This document shows positions 42,386 to 50,811 of a stretch of DNA of 64,000 bases, piece by piece (within the stretch, counting starts at the first letter, position 1; each line of letters opens with the position of its first letter). Origin of the DNA: an uncultured delta proteobacterium (GTDB lineage: Bacteria > Desulfobacterota > Syntrophobacteria > BM002); the NCBI GenBank assembly GCA_963712115.1, contig CAVQGX010000020.1:32001-96000 (forward strand). Direction: 5' to 3'. The notes under the pieces were generated by a model, which saw only the letters and a list, made by a program, of their open reading frames with translations, ran no database searches and was not told where the DNA came from. The position numbers and the translations under genes were made by a program.

Positions 42386-43228
42386 GTGAAAAAGTTATTA
42401 CTCATATTAAGAATGATCAAAATTGAACACACGGTGTTTGCCCTGCCCTTTGCCTTTATGGGAGCCTTTCTTGCTGCTAGAGGCTGGCCAAGCGGTAGAC
42501 AGATTTTCTGGATCCTTGTGGCCATGGTGGGCATCCGTAGTGCTGCCATGGCCTTCAATCGTCTGGTTGACGCCGACTTAGATGCGGCTAACCAGCGAAC
42601 TTGCAAGCGAGAAATACCTCGAGGAGCATTGGAGAAAACCGAAGTTTGGGCCTTCGTAGCGGTTTCTTCTGTGGTGTTCATTTTGGCAGCATATCAACTG
42701 AATCGTCTCTGTTTTATTCTTTCACCTGTAGCCCTGGCAGTGACCTTGTTTTATTCCTTTAGCAAGCGGTTCACCTGGCTGAGCCATCTAATTCTGGGTG
42801 GTGCCATCGGCCTCGCTCCTGTAGGGGGATGGCTGGCCGTTGCCGGCAGCTTCCACCCCATTGCTTTCCTTCTCGGGGCGGCGGTCCTTTTTTGGATCGG
42901 CGGCTTCGATATTGTCTATGCCTGCCAGGACTATGAGTTTGACTGCAACTACATGCTTAAATCCATCCCGCAAAGATGGGGTATTGGCAGAGCACTCAAG
43001 ATCTCGGAATTTTGCCACTTGATTACCTTCGTGCTTTTGGTTACCGTGGGCATAATGGCCGGGCTGGGGTCAGCATACTATCTGGGACTTGTCCTCATCT
43101 TGGCCTTCCTGATAACCCAGCATCTCATTGTTTCAGAAGAGGATCTTTCGAAGGTCAATCTCAGTTTTTTTACCATGAACGGCTTGATCAGCATGGTGAT
43201 TTTCGTGGCTACTATTTTAAGTCTTTGA
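42386..43228 (+). CDS. mqnP: UbiA-family prenyltransferase of the futalosine pathway
   Basis: IKIEHTVFALPFA, RSAAMAFNRLVD...D..N.RT..R.IP.G, YS..KRFT, GFDIVYACQD; start at GTG 42386 is inferred. Confidence 0.88.
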   Translation: MKKLLLILRMIKIEHTVFALPFAFMGAFLAARGWPSGRQIFWILVAMVGIRSAAMAFNRLVDADLDAANQRTCKREIPRGALEKTEVWAFVAVSSVVFILAAYQLNRLCFILSPVALAVTLFYSFSKRFTWLSHLILGGAIGLAPVGGWLAVAGSFHPIAFLLGAAVLFWIGGFDIVYACQDYEFDCNYMLKSIPQRWGIGRALKISEFCHLITFVLLVTVGIMAGLGSAYYLGLVLILAFLITQHLIVSEEDLSKVNLSFFTMNGLISMVIFVATILSL

Positions 43229-43269
43229 AGAGTATAAGTTCGCCATAAAGTAGCCAAGAGGACTTTAAG

Positions 43270-43496
43270 CCCAGAGAAGGCGGAGAGTATAGATCCAGAA
43301 CAAATCCGAAATCCTAATATCTAAATCCTAAACAAATTCAAATTTTTCAAATCCAAATGACCAAAACTTTCAATTCATAGATTTATTCGATTTTATTTTG
43401 AACATTGGAAAATTTGACATTGGGATTTGTTTCGTGCTTCGGATTTAGGATTTCGAATTTAATTAAAGCTGCGTTGCTCTGCGATTTCTGTAGTTT
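43270..43496. repeat. Nested inverted heptamer element (aaatccgaaatcctaatatctaaatcc ... ggatttgtttcgtgcttcggatttaggatttcgaattt)
   Basis: Second copy at 45553-45707; enclosed by cagagaaggcggagag ... ctctgcgatttctgt. Confidence 0.7.
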
Positions 43497-43533
43497 AAAT
43501 TAAATTTTTGTGACCAATTACTAAGGAGGAATT

Positions 43534-44895
43534 ATGGAGCAGGTAAAGGTATTTTTGGACGAGAGCGATATTCCCCGGCAGTGGTACAATATCTTAGCTG
43601 ATATGCCAACGCCCATGAGCCCACCGCTTCATCCGGGAACCGGACAACCAGTGGGCCCTGATGACCTGGCGCCGGTCTTCCCAATGAACCTCATAGAGCA
43701 GGAGGTCAGCACCGAAAGGTGGATAGACATCCCCGAGGAGGTTTTGGAGAAGTATCTCCTCTGGCGCCCCACACCGCTTTACCGGGCGCGAAATTTTGAG
43801 AAACTGCTGGGTGCACCGGTGCAGATTTACTACAAGAACGAAGGGGTTAGCCCGCCCGGGTCCCACAAGCCCAACACAGCCATTGCCCAGGCTTATTACA
43901 ACAAGGCTTTTGGCATAGAGCGTCTTTCCACCGAGACCGGTGCAGGGCAGTGGGGCAGCGCTCTCAGCATGGCGTGTCAAATGTTCGGCCTCGAATGCCG
44001 GGTATTCATGGTGAGGGTGAGCTATGAACAAAAGCCTTACCGCCGGCTGATGATGATGACCTGGGGCGCCAACTGCGTTCCCAGCCCTAGTGACCTGACC
44101 GCGGCAGGTAGAAAGATACTGGCTGAAAACCCCGATTCCCCTGGCAGTTTGGGCATCGCCATAAGCGAAGCCATTGAAGATGCTGTTGCCGATGAGAAGG
44201 CTCGCTATTCACTGGGGTCCGTTTTGAATCATGTGCTTCTCCATCAAACTATTATCGGGCTCGAGGCAGAGAAACAGTTGGAAAAGATCGGGGTGTATCC
44301 CGACGTGGTCATGGGATGCGCCGGCGGGGGAAGCAACTTTGCCGGGATCGCCCTGCCATTTGTTCGGGATAAGATCCACGGAAAAGATTTGTCCATTGTC
44401 GCTGCTGAGCCCACCTCATGCCCGACAATGACCCGTGGGCCCTTTGCCTATGATTTCGGGGATACTGCCATGACAACACCCCTGTTGCCCATGCATACCC
44501 TCGGCCATGATTTTGTGCCTGCCCCCATCCATGCCGGTGGTCTCAGGTATCATGGAATGGCTCCTGTTGTTAGCCACCTGGTCAAAGGGGGGCTTGTCGA
44601 GCCCAGGGCTTTCAACCAGTTAGAGACCTTTACGGCGGGAGTAAACTGGGCCCGCACAGAGGGATTCATTTCAGCACCGGAGACCAACCATGTAATTGCC
44701 GCGGTTGTCCAGGAAGCGGAACGGGCCAAAGAAGAGGGCAAGGAGAAGGTGATTCTCTTCAACTGGAGCGGTCACGGATTGGTTGACCTGGCGGCATACG
44801 AAGCCTTTCTCTCGGGTCAGCTGACAAACTATGCACTTCCAGAAGAGGAGATCCGCAGGGCCTTACAAACAATTGAACAGTTCCCCAAACCTTAG
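43534..44895 (+). CDS. trpB2: TrpB2-type tryptophan synthase beta-like PLP enzyme
   Basis: [55 protein letters not shown]. Confidence 0.95.
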   Translation: MEQVKVFLDESDIPRQWYNILADMPTPMSPPLHPGTGQPVGPDDLAPVFPMNLIEQEVSTERWIDIPEEVLEKYLLWRPTPLYRARNFEKLLGAPVQIYYKNEGVSPPGSHKPNTAIAQAYYNKAFGIERLSTETGAGQWGSALSMACQMFGLECRVFMVRVSYEQKPYRRLMMMTWGANCVPSPSDLTAAGRKILAENPDSPGSLGIAISEAIEDAVADEKARYSLGSVLNHVLLHQTIIGLEAEKQLEKIGVYPDVVMGCAGGGSNFAGIALPFVRDKIHGKDLSIVAAEPTSCPTMTRGPFAYDFGDTAMTTPLLPMHTLGHDFVPAPIHAGGLRYHGMAPVVSHLVKGGLVEPRAFNQLETFTAGVNWARTEGFISAPETNHVIAAVVQEAERAKEEGKEKVILFNWSGHGLVDLAAYEAFLSGQLTNYALPEEEIRRALQTIEQFPKP

Positions 44896-45074
44896 CCCGG
44901 ATGTTTCATGAGTCGCTTGCTGCGACCCTGGATATGGACGTACTTCCGGGCGTTCTCGGTGTCGGATCCTGCGACGTACCATTCAGGTAGCCTCGGAACC
45001 AACACCCTGCGGTTACCCGGTGGCACGACCATCTCCATGGTCTCGCGACATCAACTCATGGAACATCCGGGCTA
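44893..45074. mobile_element. MITE-like element with 21-bp terminal inverted repeats (1 mismatch)
   Basis: tagcccggatgtttcatgagt ... actcatggaacatccgggcta; begins at the trpB2 TAG; core gacgtaccattcaggtagcctc is the reverse complement of the 31083 element core type. Confidence 0.7.
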
Positions 45075-45099
45075 GCCAACTGCTTGCTGCGCTCTGCAG

Positions 45100-45184
45100 T
45101 TGGAATATTGGAGCAATGGAAGAGTGGAATAATGCGTGCTATCGTCTTTCCCCAATATTCCATCATTCCACCATTCCATTGTTC
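45100..45184. repeat. Inverted octamer element (tggaatattggagcaatggaagagtggaataatg ... ccaatattccatcattccaccattccattgttcc)
   Basis: Same family at ~26805-26840 and 62853-62914. Confidence 0.7.
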
Positions 45185-45234
45185 CAGAGAGGCCGACCTT
45201 GGAAGGCTATCTGGCCCTTATGAGGACTAAAGTG

Positions 45235-45507
45235 ATGGAAAACAGGCTCAGTAACCAGCTGGAAATCAGATGCCCCAGGCTTGGGGGTGAGGTATCCCTG
45301 GTGTACTGTTTAAAAGAGGGTGGCGATATCCCCTGTTCGCGAACTATTGTTTGCTGGCAGCCGTACTTTGACGTGGAGGCCCAGCTTCGGGCAAAGCTCA
45401 CGGAGGAACAATGGGATCGTTGTTTTGGGAAGACACCCAAAGAAAAGATCGTCTCTTTAGTTGAGCTGATCGAAGCGGCCAAGAAGCGTAAGCAGACAGA
45501 AGGCTGA
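45235..45507 (+). CDS. Small Cys-containing hypothetical protein
   Basis: RCPRLGGEV..YC....PC....CW; GAGGA RBS before ATG 45235 (the tracked ORF N-terminus is repeat-derived). Confidence 0.65.
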   Translation: MENRLSNQLEIRCPRLGGEVSLVYCLKEGGDIPCSRTIVCWQPYFDVEAQLRAKLTEEQWDRCFGKTPKEKIVSLVELIEAAKKRKQTEG

Positions 45508-45552
45508 GAGGGCCTAGATTAAGGTTAACCACACAGCATGTTCGAATCGCAG

Positions 45553-45707
45553 AAATTGCGAATATCGAAATCTCGAAACAAATTCGAATTCCAAAATCCA
45601 AATGATCGAAACGGCAGATCAAATCTTATTTGACTATTTACGTTTTGAACATTTGAGACTTAGGATTTTGGATTTGTTTCGTGCTTCGTGCTTCGAATTT
45701 CGCATTT
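45553..45707. repeat. Inverted heptamer element, second copy of the 43302 family
   Basis: gaatatcgaaatctcgaaacaaattcgaa ... ggatttgtttcgtgcttcgtgcttcgaattt. Confidence 0.7.
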
Positions 45708-45748
45708 GAGCTGCAAACCGCAAAGTCATAAACAGGAAAGGACCATGG

Positions 45749-46315
45749 ATGATGCATCCAAAGCGTATGGTTGTGGGCATCTCAGGTGCGACTGGGGTAA
45801 TCTACGGGCTGGAGATGCTCAAGGCCCTGCAAGACCTTGGCTATGAAAGCCACGTTGTCCTCACAGAACAGGCTCGTCATAATTTTCTCTTGGAAACTGA
45901 CCACTCACTAGAGGAGGTGGAAAAAACAGCCTCCCGAATTTATGATGATCATGATCTCGCCGCGCCCATCTCCAGTGGTTCATTTATTACCAGGGGTATG
46001 GTGGTTATACCTTGCTCCATCAAAAGCCTTTCTGGTATAGCCACTTCCTATGGCGCCAACTTGCTGGTCCGGGCTGCCGACGTCACTCTCAAGGAGCGGC
46101 GGCCTCTGGTTCTGGTGGTGCGGGAGACGCCTCTTCACCGAGGGCACTTGGAACTTATGCTCACTGCTGCCTCTCAAGGTGCGGTTATTCTACCGCCGGT
46201 TCCGGCCTTTTATCACAAGCCTAAGACCATTACAGACCTCATCCACCACACCGTGGGCAAGGTTCTGGACTGCTTCCGCATTCCTCATGACCTATTCCGA
46301 CGCTGGGGTGCATGA
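45749..46315 (+). CDS. ubiX: Flavin prenyltransferase
   Basis: VVGISGATG, APISSGSF, PCSIKSL, NLLVRAADVTLKERR, RETPL, PPVPAFY. Confidence 0.95.
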   Translation: MMHPKRMVVGISGATGVIYGLEMLKALQDLGYESHVVLTEQARHNFLLETDHSLEEVEKTASRIYDDHDLAAPISSGSFITRGMVVIPCSIKSLSGIATSYGANLLVRAADVTLKERRPLVLVVRETPLHRGHLELMLTAASQGAVILPPVPAFYHKPKTITDLIHHTVGKVLDCFRIPHDLFRRWGA

Positions 46316-46323
46316 GACAAATA

Positions 46324-46372
46324 GACACGGGATGAGACGACACGGGGACGCGAGGAAACGGTGACGCGGCGA
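46324..46372 (+). repeat. Left GACRCGGN octamer array flanking the four-helix-bundle gene
   Basis: gacacggg...gacacggg-gacgcgag-gaaacggt-gacgcggc-ga. Confidence 0.75.
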
Positions 46373-46410
46373 ATAAACAATAGGATCCCTCGTCCTTGCT
46401 ATACTCAACC

Positions 46411-46806
46411 CTATGGTCTGCGAATAATCCAACTGTGTGAGTCCATAATCATAGTGACAAGCTGTGATAGTATATGTTCATAACGTTGATCTAGACTCTT
46501 GAAGGTTTCTTCATTGATGTAACCGCATCGGAGTGAAAACTCCAACCACACCTGAGTCTCTGCAGCCTCAGTCTCTGAATCGCTCAACTTGCTCACAAAC
46601 GCTGCCTGGTAGCGCCTTTTTCGCCAGGCTTCGGAGAGGTTGGCACAAACCGAGCGCGAGGATTTCCGGATTTGATCCACAAGAGAATACCTTTCTTCTC
46701 TTGGGAAGTTCTTGCTCAGCCGGAATATCTCCATAGCAAGGTCCATGGCCGCCTGATACACTCTGAGCTCCCTATAGCTCCGAATGTTCTGTTTTGGTGC
46801 CCCCAT
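46411..46806 (-). CDS. Four-helix-bundle protein (23S rRNA intervening-sequence protein / bAvd-like superfamily)
   Basis: SYRELRVYQ.A, FPREERYSLVDQIRKSSRSVCANLSEAW.KRRY..AFVSKL.DS..EA.ETQVWL......GY; ATG 46806 after AAAGGAGG. Confidence 0.92.
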   Translation of the reverse strand: MGAPKQNIRSYRELRVYQAAMDLAMEIFRLSKNFPREERYSLVDQIRKSSRSVCANLSEAWRKRRYQAAFVSKLSDSETEAAETQVWLEFSLRCGYINEETFKSLDQRYEHILSQLVTMIMDSHSWIIRRP

Positions 46807-46850
46807 CTTGTCCCCTCCTTTTTCCAATAATTTGACCTGCAAGCCAATCA

Positions 46851-46902
46851 TGTCCCTGTGTCCCCGCTTCTCCGTGTCCCCGCGTCGCCGTGTCTCTGCG
46901 TC
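46851..46902 (-). repeat. Right GACRCGGN octamer array (inverted relative to the left array)
   Basis: Minus strand: gacgcaga-gacacggc-gacgcggg-gacacgga-gaagcggg-gacacagg-gaca, exact 8-nt period, starting at the purH-C stop. Confidence 0.8.
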
Positions 46903-48188
46903 TAGTGTTTAAACGCTCGCTGGCCGGTGAAGACCATAGTGGCTCCTGCCTCGTTGCAGGCCTCGATCACCTCGAAGTCTCTCATTGATCCTCCCGGCTG
47001 CACCACCGCGGTGACACCCTCCTTGAGTCCCACGTCTACCCCATCCCGAAAGGGAAAGAAGGCATCCGAGACCATGGTGGAACCAATAAGGCCACCTTTG
47101 GCCTCCTGGGTGGCAGCGTCTATTTCTTCTTTGAGAGCCTGGTCCCGTTCACCCTTGTCTATGGCAAGTTCCAGGTCTTTGTAGGGGATGGAGTGTTTCT
47201 CAAAGCAGAGCCGGTCTGCATATTTAGTGTAGGCCTTGAATACTGCAATCTCGGCGACACCAACCCGGTCCTGCTCTCCGGTGCCAATGCCCACGGTGCA
47301 CTCATCTTTTACATAAATTACTGAATTTGAGGTCACACCCTGCTCTACGCTCCAGCCAAAGAGGAGATCATTGAGTTCCTTCTCTGTTGGTGGCCGCTTG
47401 ATCTTGTAAGTCTTTCCCTCGTAGGTGGTTTCAGCCGGTTTGAAGTCTTTTATGCTAAGGATGGCGTTGAGGGGTGACTGTTGGACAATGATTCCACCGT
47501 CCATCAGAGACTTGAATTCCAGGTAACGTTGCTTGCGGTAATCGGTGAGCCGGTCCATACGGGAGACCTGAACGATCCTGAGGTTGGCGCGCCGTTTGAG
47601 GATCTCAACCGTGCCTGCCTCGTATTCAGGCGCCGCCACAACTTCCAGGTAATTTTCTGCCACCAGCTCGGCGGTGGCCTTGTCCACCGGCTGGTTGAAC
47701 ACCACACAGCCGCCAAAGGCGGCAATGCGGTCAGCCATGTTGGCACGATCGTATGCTTCAGCCAGGCTGCTGCCCTGGGCCGCGCCGCAGGGGTTGTTAT
47801 GCTTCAGAATTACTGCTGCCGGTCGCGCATCCAGATATCTGAGGACATTTAGGCCGTTGTCCAGATCAGTCAGGTTGGTCTTGCCCGGGTGTTTACCGGC
47901 CTGGAGCATTTCCGCTTCTGTAATACTGCTTACCAGGCCCAAACCGGGCTGGATAAAGCGACACTCCCCCAGGGTGAGATTGCCATCCACCAGCTCGTAG
48001 AGGGCGGCCTCTTGCCCGGGATTCTCACCATAACGCAATCCCTTTTCAATAAGCTCGCCACTTTTCTCATCGGGAATCTTCCAGGCGCGCTTGCGATAGG
48101 TGAGGATCTGCTCACCGAAGGCTATGGTCATTGTCTCGGGAAAATGATCATCCATGACCGTGCGGTACATCTCCTTGAGTTCTGCCAT
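46902..48188 (-). CDS. purH: AICAR transformylase (stand-alone PurH C-terminal domain)
   Basis: LRYGENPGQ.AA.Y, ILKHNNPCG.A, AAFGG, EVVAAP, TSNSV, GIG.G...RV, SDAFFPFRDG, QPGGS.RD, FTG.R.FKH. Confidence 0.88.
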   Translation of the reverse strand: MAELKEMYRTVMDDHFPETMTIAFGEQILTYRKRAWKIPDEKSGELIEKGLRYGENPGQEAALYELVDGNLTLGECRFIQPGLGLVSSITEAEMLQAGKHPGKTNLTDLDNGLNVLRYLDARPAAVILKHNNPCGAAQGSSLAEAYDRANMADRIAAFGGCVVFNQPVDKATAELVAENYLEVVAAPEYEAGTVEILKRRANLRIVQVSRMDRLTDYRKQRYLEFKSLMDGGIIVQQSPLNAILSIKDFKPAETTYEGKTYKIKRPPTEKELNDLLFGWSVEQGVTSNSVIYVKDECTVGIGTGEQDRVGVAEIAVFKAYTKYADRLCFEKHSIPYKDLELAIDKGERDQALKEEIDAATQEAKGGLIGSTMVSDAFFPFRDGVDVGLKEGVTAVVQPGGSMRDFEVIEACNEAGATMVFTGQRAFKH

Positions 48189-48429
48189 ACTTTCCCTCCT
48201 TATGGGATTGCGGAATTCAAAATTGGGAAGAAAGTCTAAATTTTATGCTTTTGTGTTTGAAACCCATTCCTTTCCAGACCATGGAAAGGAATGAAATTGA
48301 GTTACCGTAAATGTAAGCTAGAAAAAGAAAATGGCCAAGGGAAAAATTTGACTTATTTGCCATTATTGCCAAAACTCTCCATCCATGATAGATAGCCCAA
48401 GCACAAAGGGCGCGAAACGCCATTTGACC

Positions 48430-48607
48430 AGCTGGCAGCTAAAAAGTCTGGAAACGGACCAAAAAGTCATACCGGACGAGACGAAGTCGAGATCCGGTAT
48501 CCAGTAGGTATTGTTTTTTTCTGGATTCCGGACAGTCGTTTCACGACTTCCGGAATGACGGACTTGGTGTTGGCACTCAAGATACCGAGTTTTTCAGCAG
48601 CCTGCTA
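48430..48607. repeat. Composite palindromic element (gtcataccgg...atccag / ctggattccgg...ggaatgac core inside ...aaaaagtc / gagtttttcagcagcctgcta ends)
   Basis: Inverted core at 48466-48559 containing two internal hairpins. Confidence 0.6.
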
Positions 48608-48692
48608 GTGCCTAGATAGGTATTTTTTCGGTGGAACTTTTGATGACTTGGGCGGTCATTAAGGGTATATTCTCTCAGAGGCGAAAGTAGTA

Positions 48693-50411
48693 ATGAAATA
48701 TATCAGAAAAACCATCTTTTTTTTGGCGGCCATTCCTATTTTATTTGCTGCCGTTGGTTCGGCTGCAGAGGCGGTCAAGAAAGTCGCCATACTCCCCTTC
48801 CAGATGAACGCTCCCCAAGACCTCAACTACCTGAGAGAGGGAATCATGGACATGCTCGCCAGCCGCTTGGCCTGGGAGGGCAAGGTGGAGGTTGTTGAAA
48901 AGCAGGTAGTGAAGGAAGCCCTCGCCGGCCACCAGGGACCTTTAAATGAGTCTGCCGCCCGAAAGGTGGGTTCGAACTTGGGGGTGGACTACGCACTTTT
49001 CGGTAGTCTCACCGTGTTCGGTGAAAGCGTGAGCATCGACGCCAAAATGGTTGCTCTAAAGGAAGATAATCCCCCGGTAACTGTCTATGCCCAGACCAAG
49101 GGGTTGAGCGAAGTCGTTCCCCGGATCAATGATTTCGCCCAGGAGATAAACAACAAGATCTTCGGCCGGGGTACGGCAGCGGTAGCGGCTGCACCTGCTC
49201 AGCCTCGCTTTTCTAAGGCCCACCCGGAAAGCATCATGAGCGGGCCAGCGCCCGGCCCGGCCAAATCTGACGACACTGGCAGCTTTGTCAGCCTTCAATC
49301 CAAAACGACAAGCGATTCGGATGTGTTTCGCAGCCAGAGGCTGAAATTTCCAGTGAATGGCATGGACGTTGGCGATATTGATGGAGACGGCCGCCCGGAA
49401 ATCGTGGTGATCTCCAATTTCAAGGAGGTCTTGGTCTACCAGTGGGATCAGGGCAGGCTAAACAAGCGAGGCTCCTTTGAGGGCAGCACCCGTGATCGCA
49501 TGGTGTGGGTCTGCCTGCTGGATGCCAATCACGACGGCAAGGATGAAATATATGTCAGTAACCTCCGCGGCCAGAGACTGTCCTCCTATGTGCTCGAGTG
49601 GCGAGGGGAGCAACTGAAGGAGCTGGCCTCGGAGGTGGAGTGGTACTTCAACCGCCTCACTGTACCGGGGAAAGATACTATCTTAATGGGACAGAAGAAG
49701 AATCCCGAGGATATTTTCATGGCCGGAGTTTATCGTCTCCAGTTCGCCGGCGGTGGTTACGAACCCTTGGAGGGTATAAGCCTGCCCAGGAGGACAAATG
49801 TTTTCAACTTCGCCCAGGGTGATGTAGACGGCGACGGCAAGGATGAGACGGTTTTCATCGGCGCGGAAGAAAAGCTCCTTTATCTGGTTGATGATGACGG
49901 CACTCGGCTGTGGAACAGCAGGGAATATTATGGCGCAACTTCTAACATCCTTGAGGGCAAAATACCAACCAGTGGCACAACAGCGGTTCCAGGAGGAGGT
50001 GGGGCTACCATAGATGATGAGGTGGAGATCTATTACATCCCCTCACCGATTCTTTTGGTGGACCTTAACAACGATAAGCGGCTGGAGATCCTGGCCAACC
50101 GCAACCTAACAACGACTTCCATGGTTCTCTCCAGACAACGCAATTTTTCTGACGGTGAGGTCCAATCCATGCTTTGGACAGGAGGTGAACTTTTGCCCCA
50201 GTGGAAGACAAGGCCGCTCCGCGGCATGGTGGTGAGTTACCGTCTCGCCGATATGGACGGAGACGGCCAGGATGAGATGGTGGCGGCAGCAGTTCTGGAG
50301 AAGGAAATATTTAAGCAAACAAGAAGTATGATCTATGTGTACGAGCTCGACGGGGCGCGGGCCCTGAGCGGCCAGACCACTGCCCCGGGTATCATAGAGT
50401 CGAATCAGTAA
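48693..50411 (+). CDS. Secreted FG-GAP/VCBS-repeat protein with a TolB-N/CsgG-like N-terminal domain
   Basis: Signal peptide; KVAILPF...YLREGIMDML.SRL, DY..FGSLT.FG..VSIDAK; repeated GDIDGDGRPEI / DANHDGKDEI / DVDGDGKDE / DMDGDGQDE motifs. Confidence 0.8.
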   Translation: MKYIRKTIFFLAAIPILFAAVGSAAEAVKKVAILPFQMNAPQDLNYLREGIMDMLASRLAWEGKVEVVEKQVVKEALAGHQGPLNESAARKVGSNLGVDYALFGSLTVFGESVSIDAKMVALKEDNPPVTVYAQTKGLSEVVPRINDFAQEINNKIFGRGTAAVAAAPAQPRFSKAHPESIMSGPAPGPAKSDDTGSFVSLQSKTTSDSDVFRSQRLKFPVNGMDVGDIDGDGRPEIVVISNFKEVLVYQWDQGRLNKRGSFEGSTRDRMVWVCLLDANHDGKDEIYVSNLRGQRLSSYVLEWRGEQLKELASEVEWYFNRLTVPGKDTILMGQKKNPEDIFMAGVYRLQFAGGGYEPLEGISLPRRTNVFNFAQGDVDGDGKDETVFIGAEEKLLYLVDDDGTRLWNSREYYGATSNILEGKIPTSGTTAVPGGGGATIDDEVEIYYIPSPILLVDLNNDKRLEILANRNLTTTSMVLSRQRNFSDGEVQSMLWTGGELLPQWKTRPLRGMVVSYRLADMDGDGQDEMVAAAVLEKEIFKQTRSMIYVYELDGARALSGQTTAPGIIESNQ

Positions 50412-50558
50412 AGGAAATTTAAGATCTTAGATTGTAGACTGCACATTTGAAATTCATACCCTCTTCAATCCCCCAGGTCCCCCTTTAAGAAACTGACCTA
50501 CCATACACTTGGCACAGGCCGTGTTATAAGTCCGGGTGGGTTTTTAAGAAACTCTTTA

Positions 50559-50682
50559 AACCGCAGAATATCGAATCCGCCTCAGGCGGATCGAAGTGAA
50601 CACTTCATAATTCTGCGGTTCCTTGTTCTACCTGCCCGCCATCGCGAGCCGCTCAGGCGAGGCGGGCGGGCCTTCGATATTC
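50559..50682. repeat. Copy of the 38705 element carrying two embedded GC-rich palindromes
   Basis: tccgcctcaggcgga (50576-90) and cctgcccgcc...ggcgggcggg (50631-70) interrupt the arms. Confidence 0.65.
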
Positions 50683-50750
50683 AATGGTTTTAATTAGCTG
50701 CAATTATCTCTGAAAATATGCACTGTCTCAGGTGTGGGAAAGGACCAAAT

Positions 50751-50781
50751 AAAAACCCCGGGGAGTTTATCCCCCGGGGTT
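50751..50781 (-). terminator. Intrinsic terminator of the porin gene
   Basis: Minus strand: aaccccgggg...ccccggggttttt. Confidence 0.8.
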
Positions 50782-50811
50782 GTGAGTGTCCTTACTAAGG
50801 ATCAAACTTCC

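Noticed and set aside
46411-46806. Diversity-generating retroelement, suggested by the Avd-like fold and the damaged porin loops
   Set aside because: No reverse transcriptase and no TR/VR pair with adenine-specific mismatches in the window; the protein matches the IVP-type four-helix-bundle pattern.
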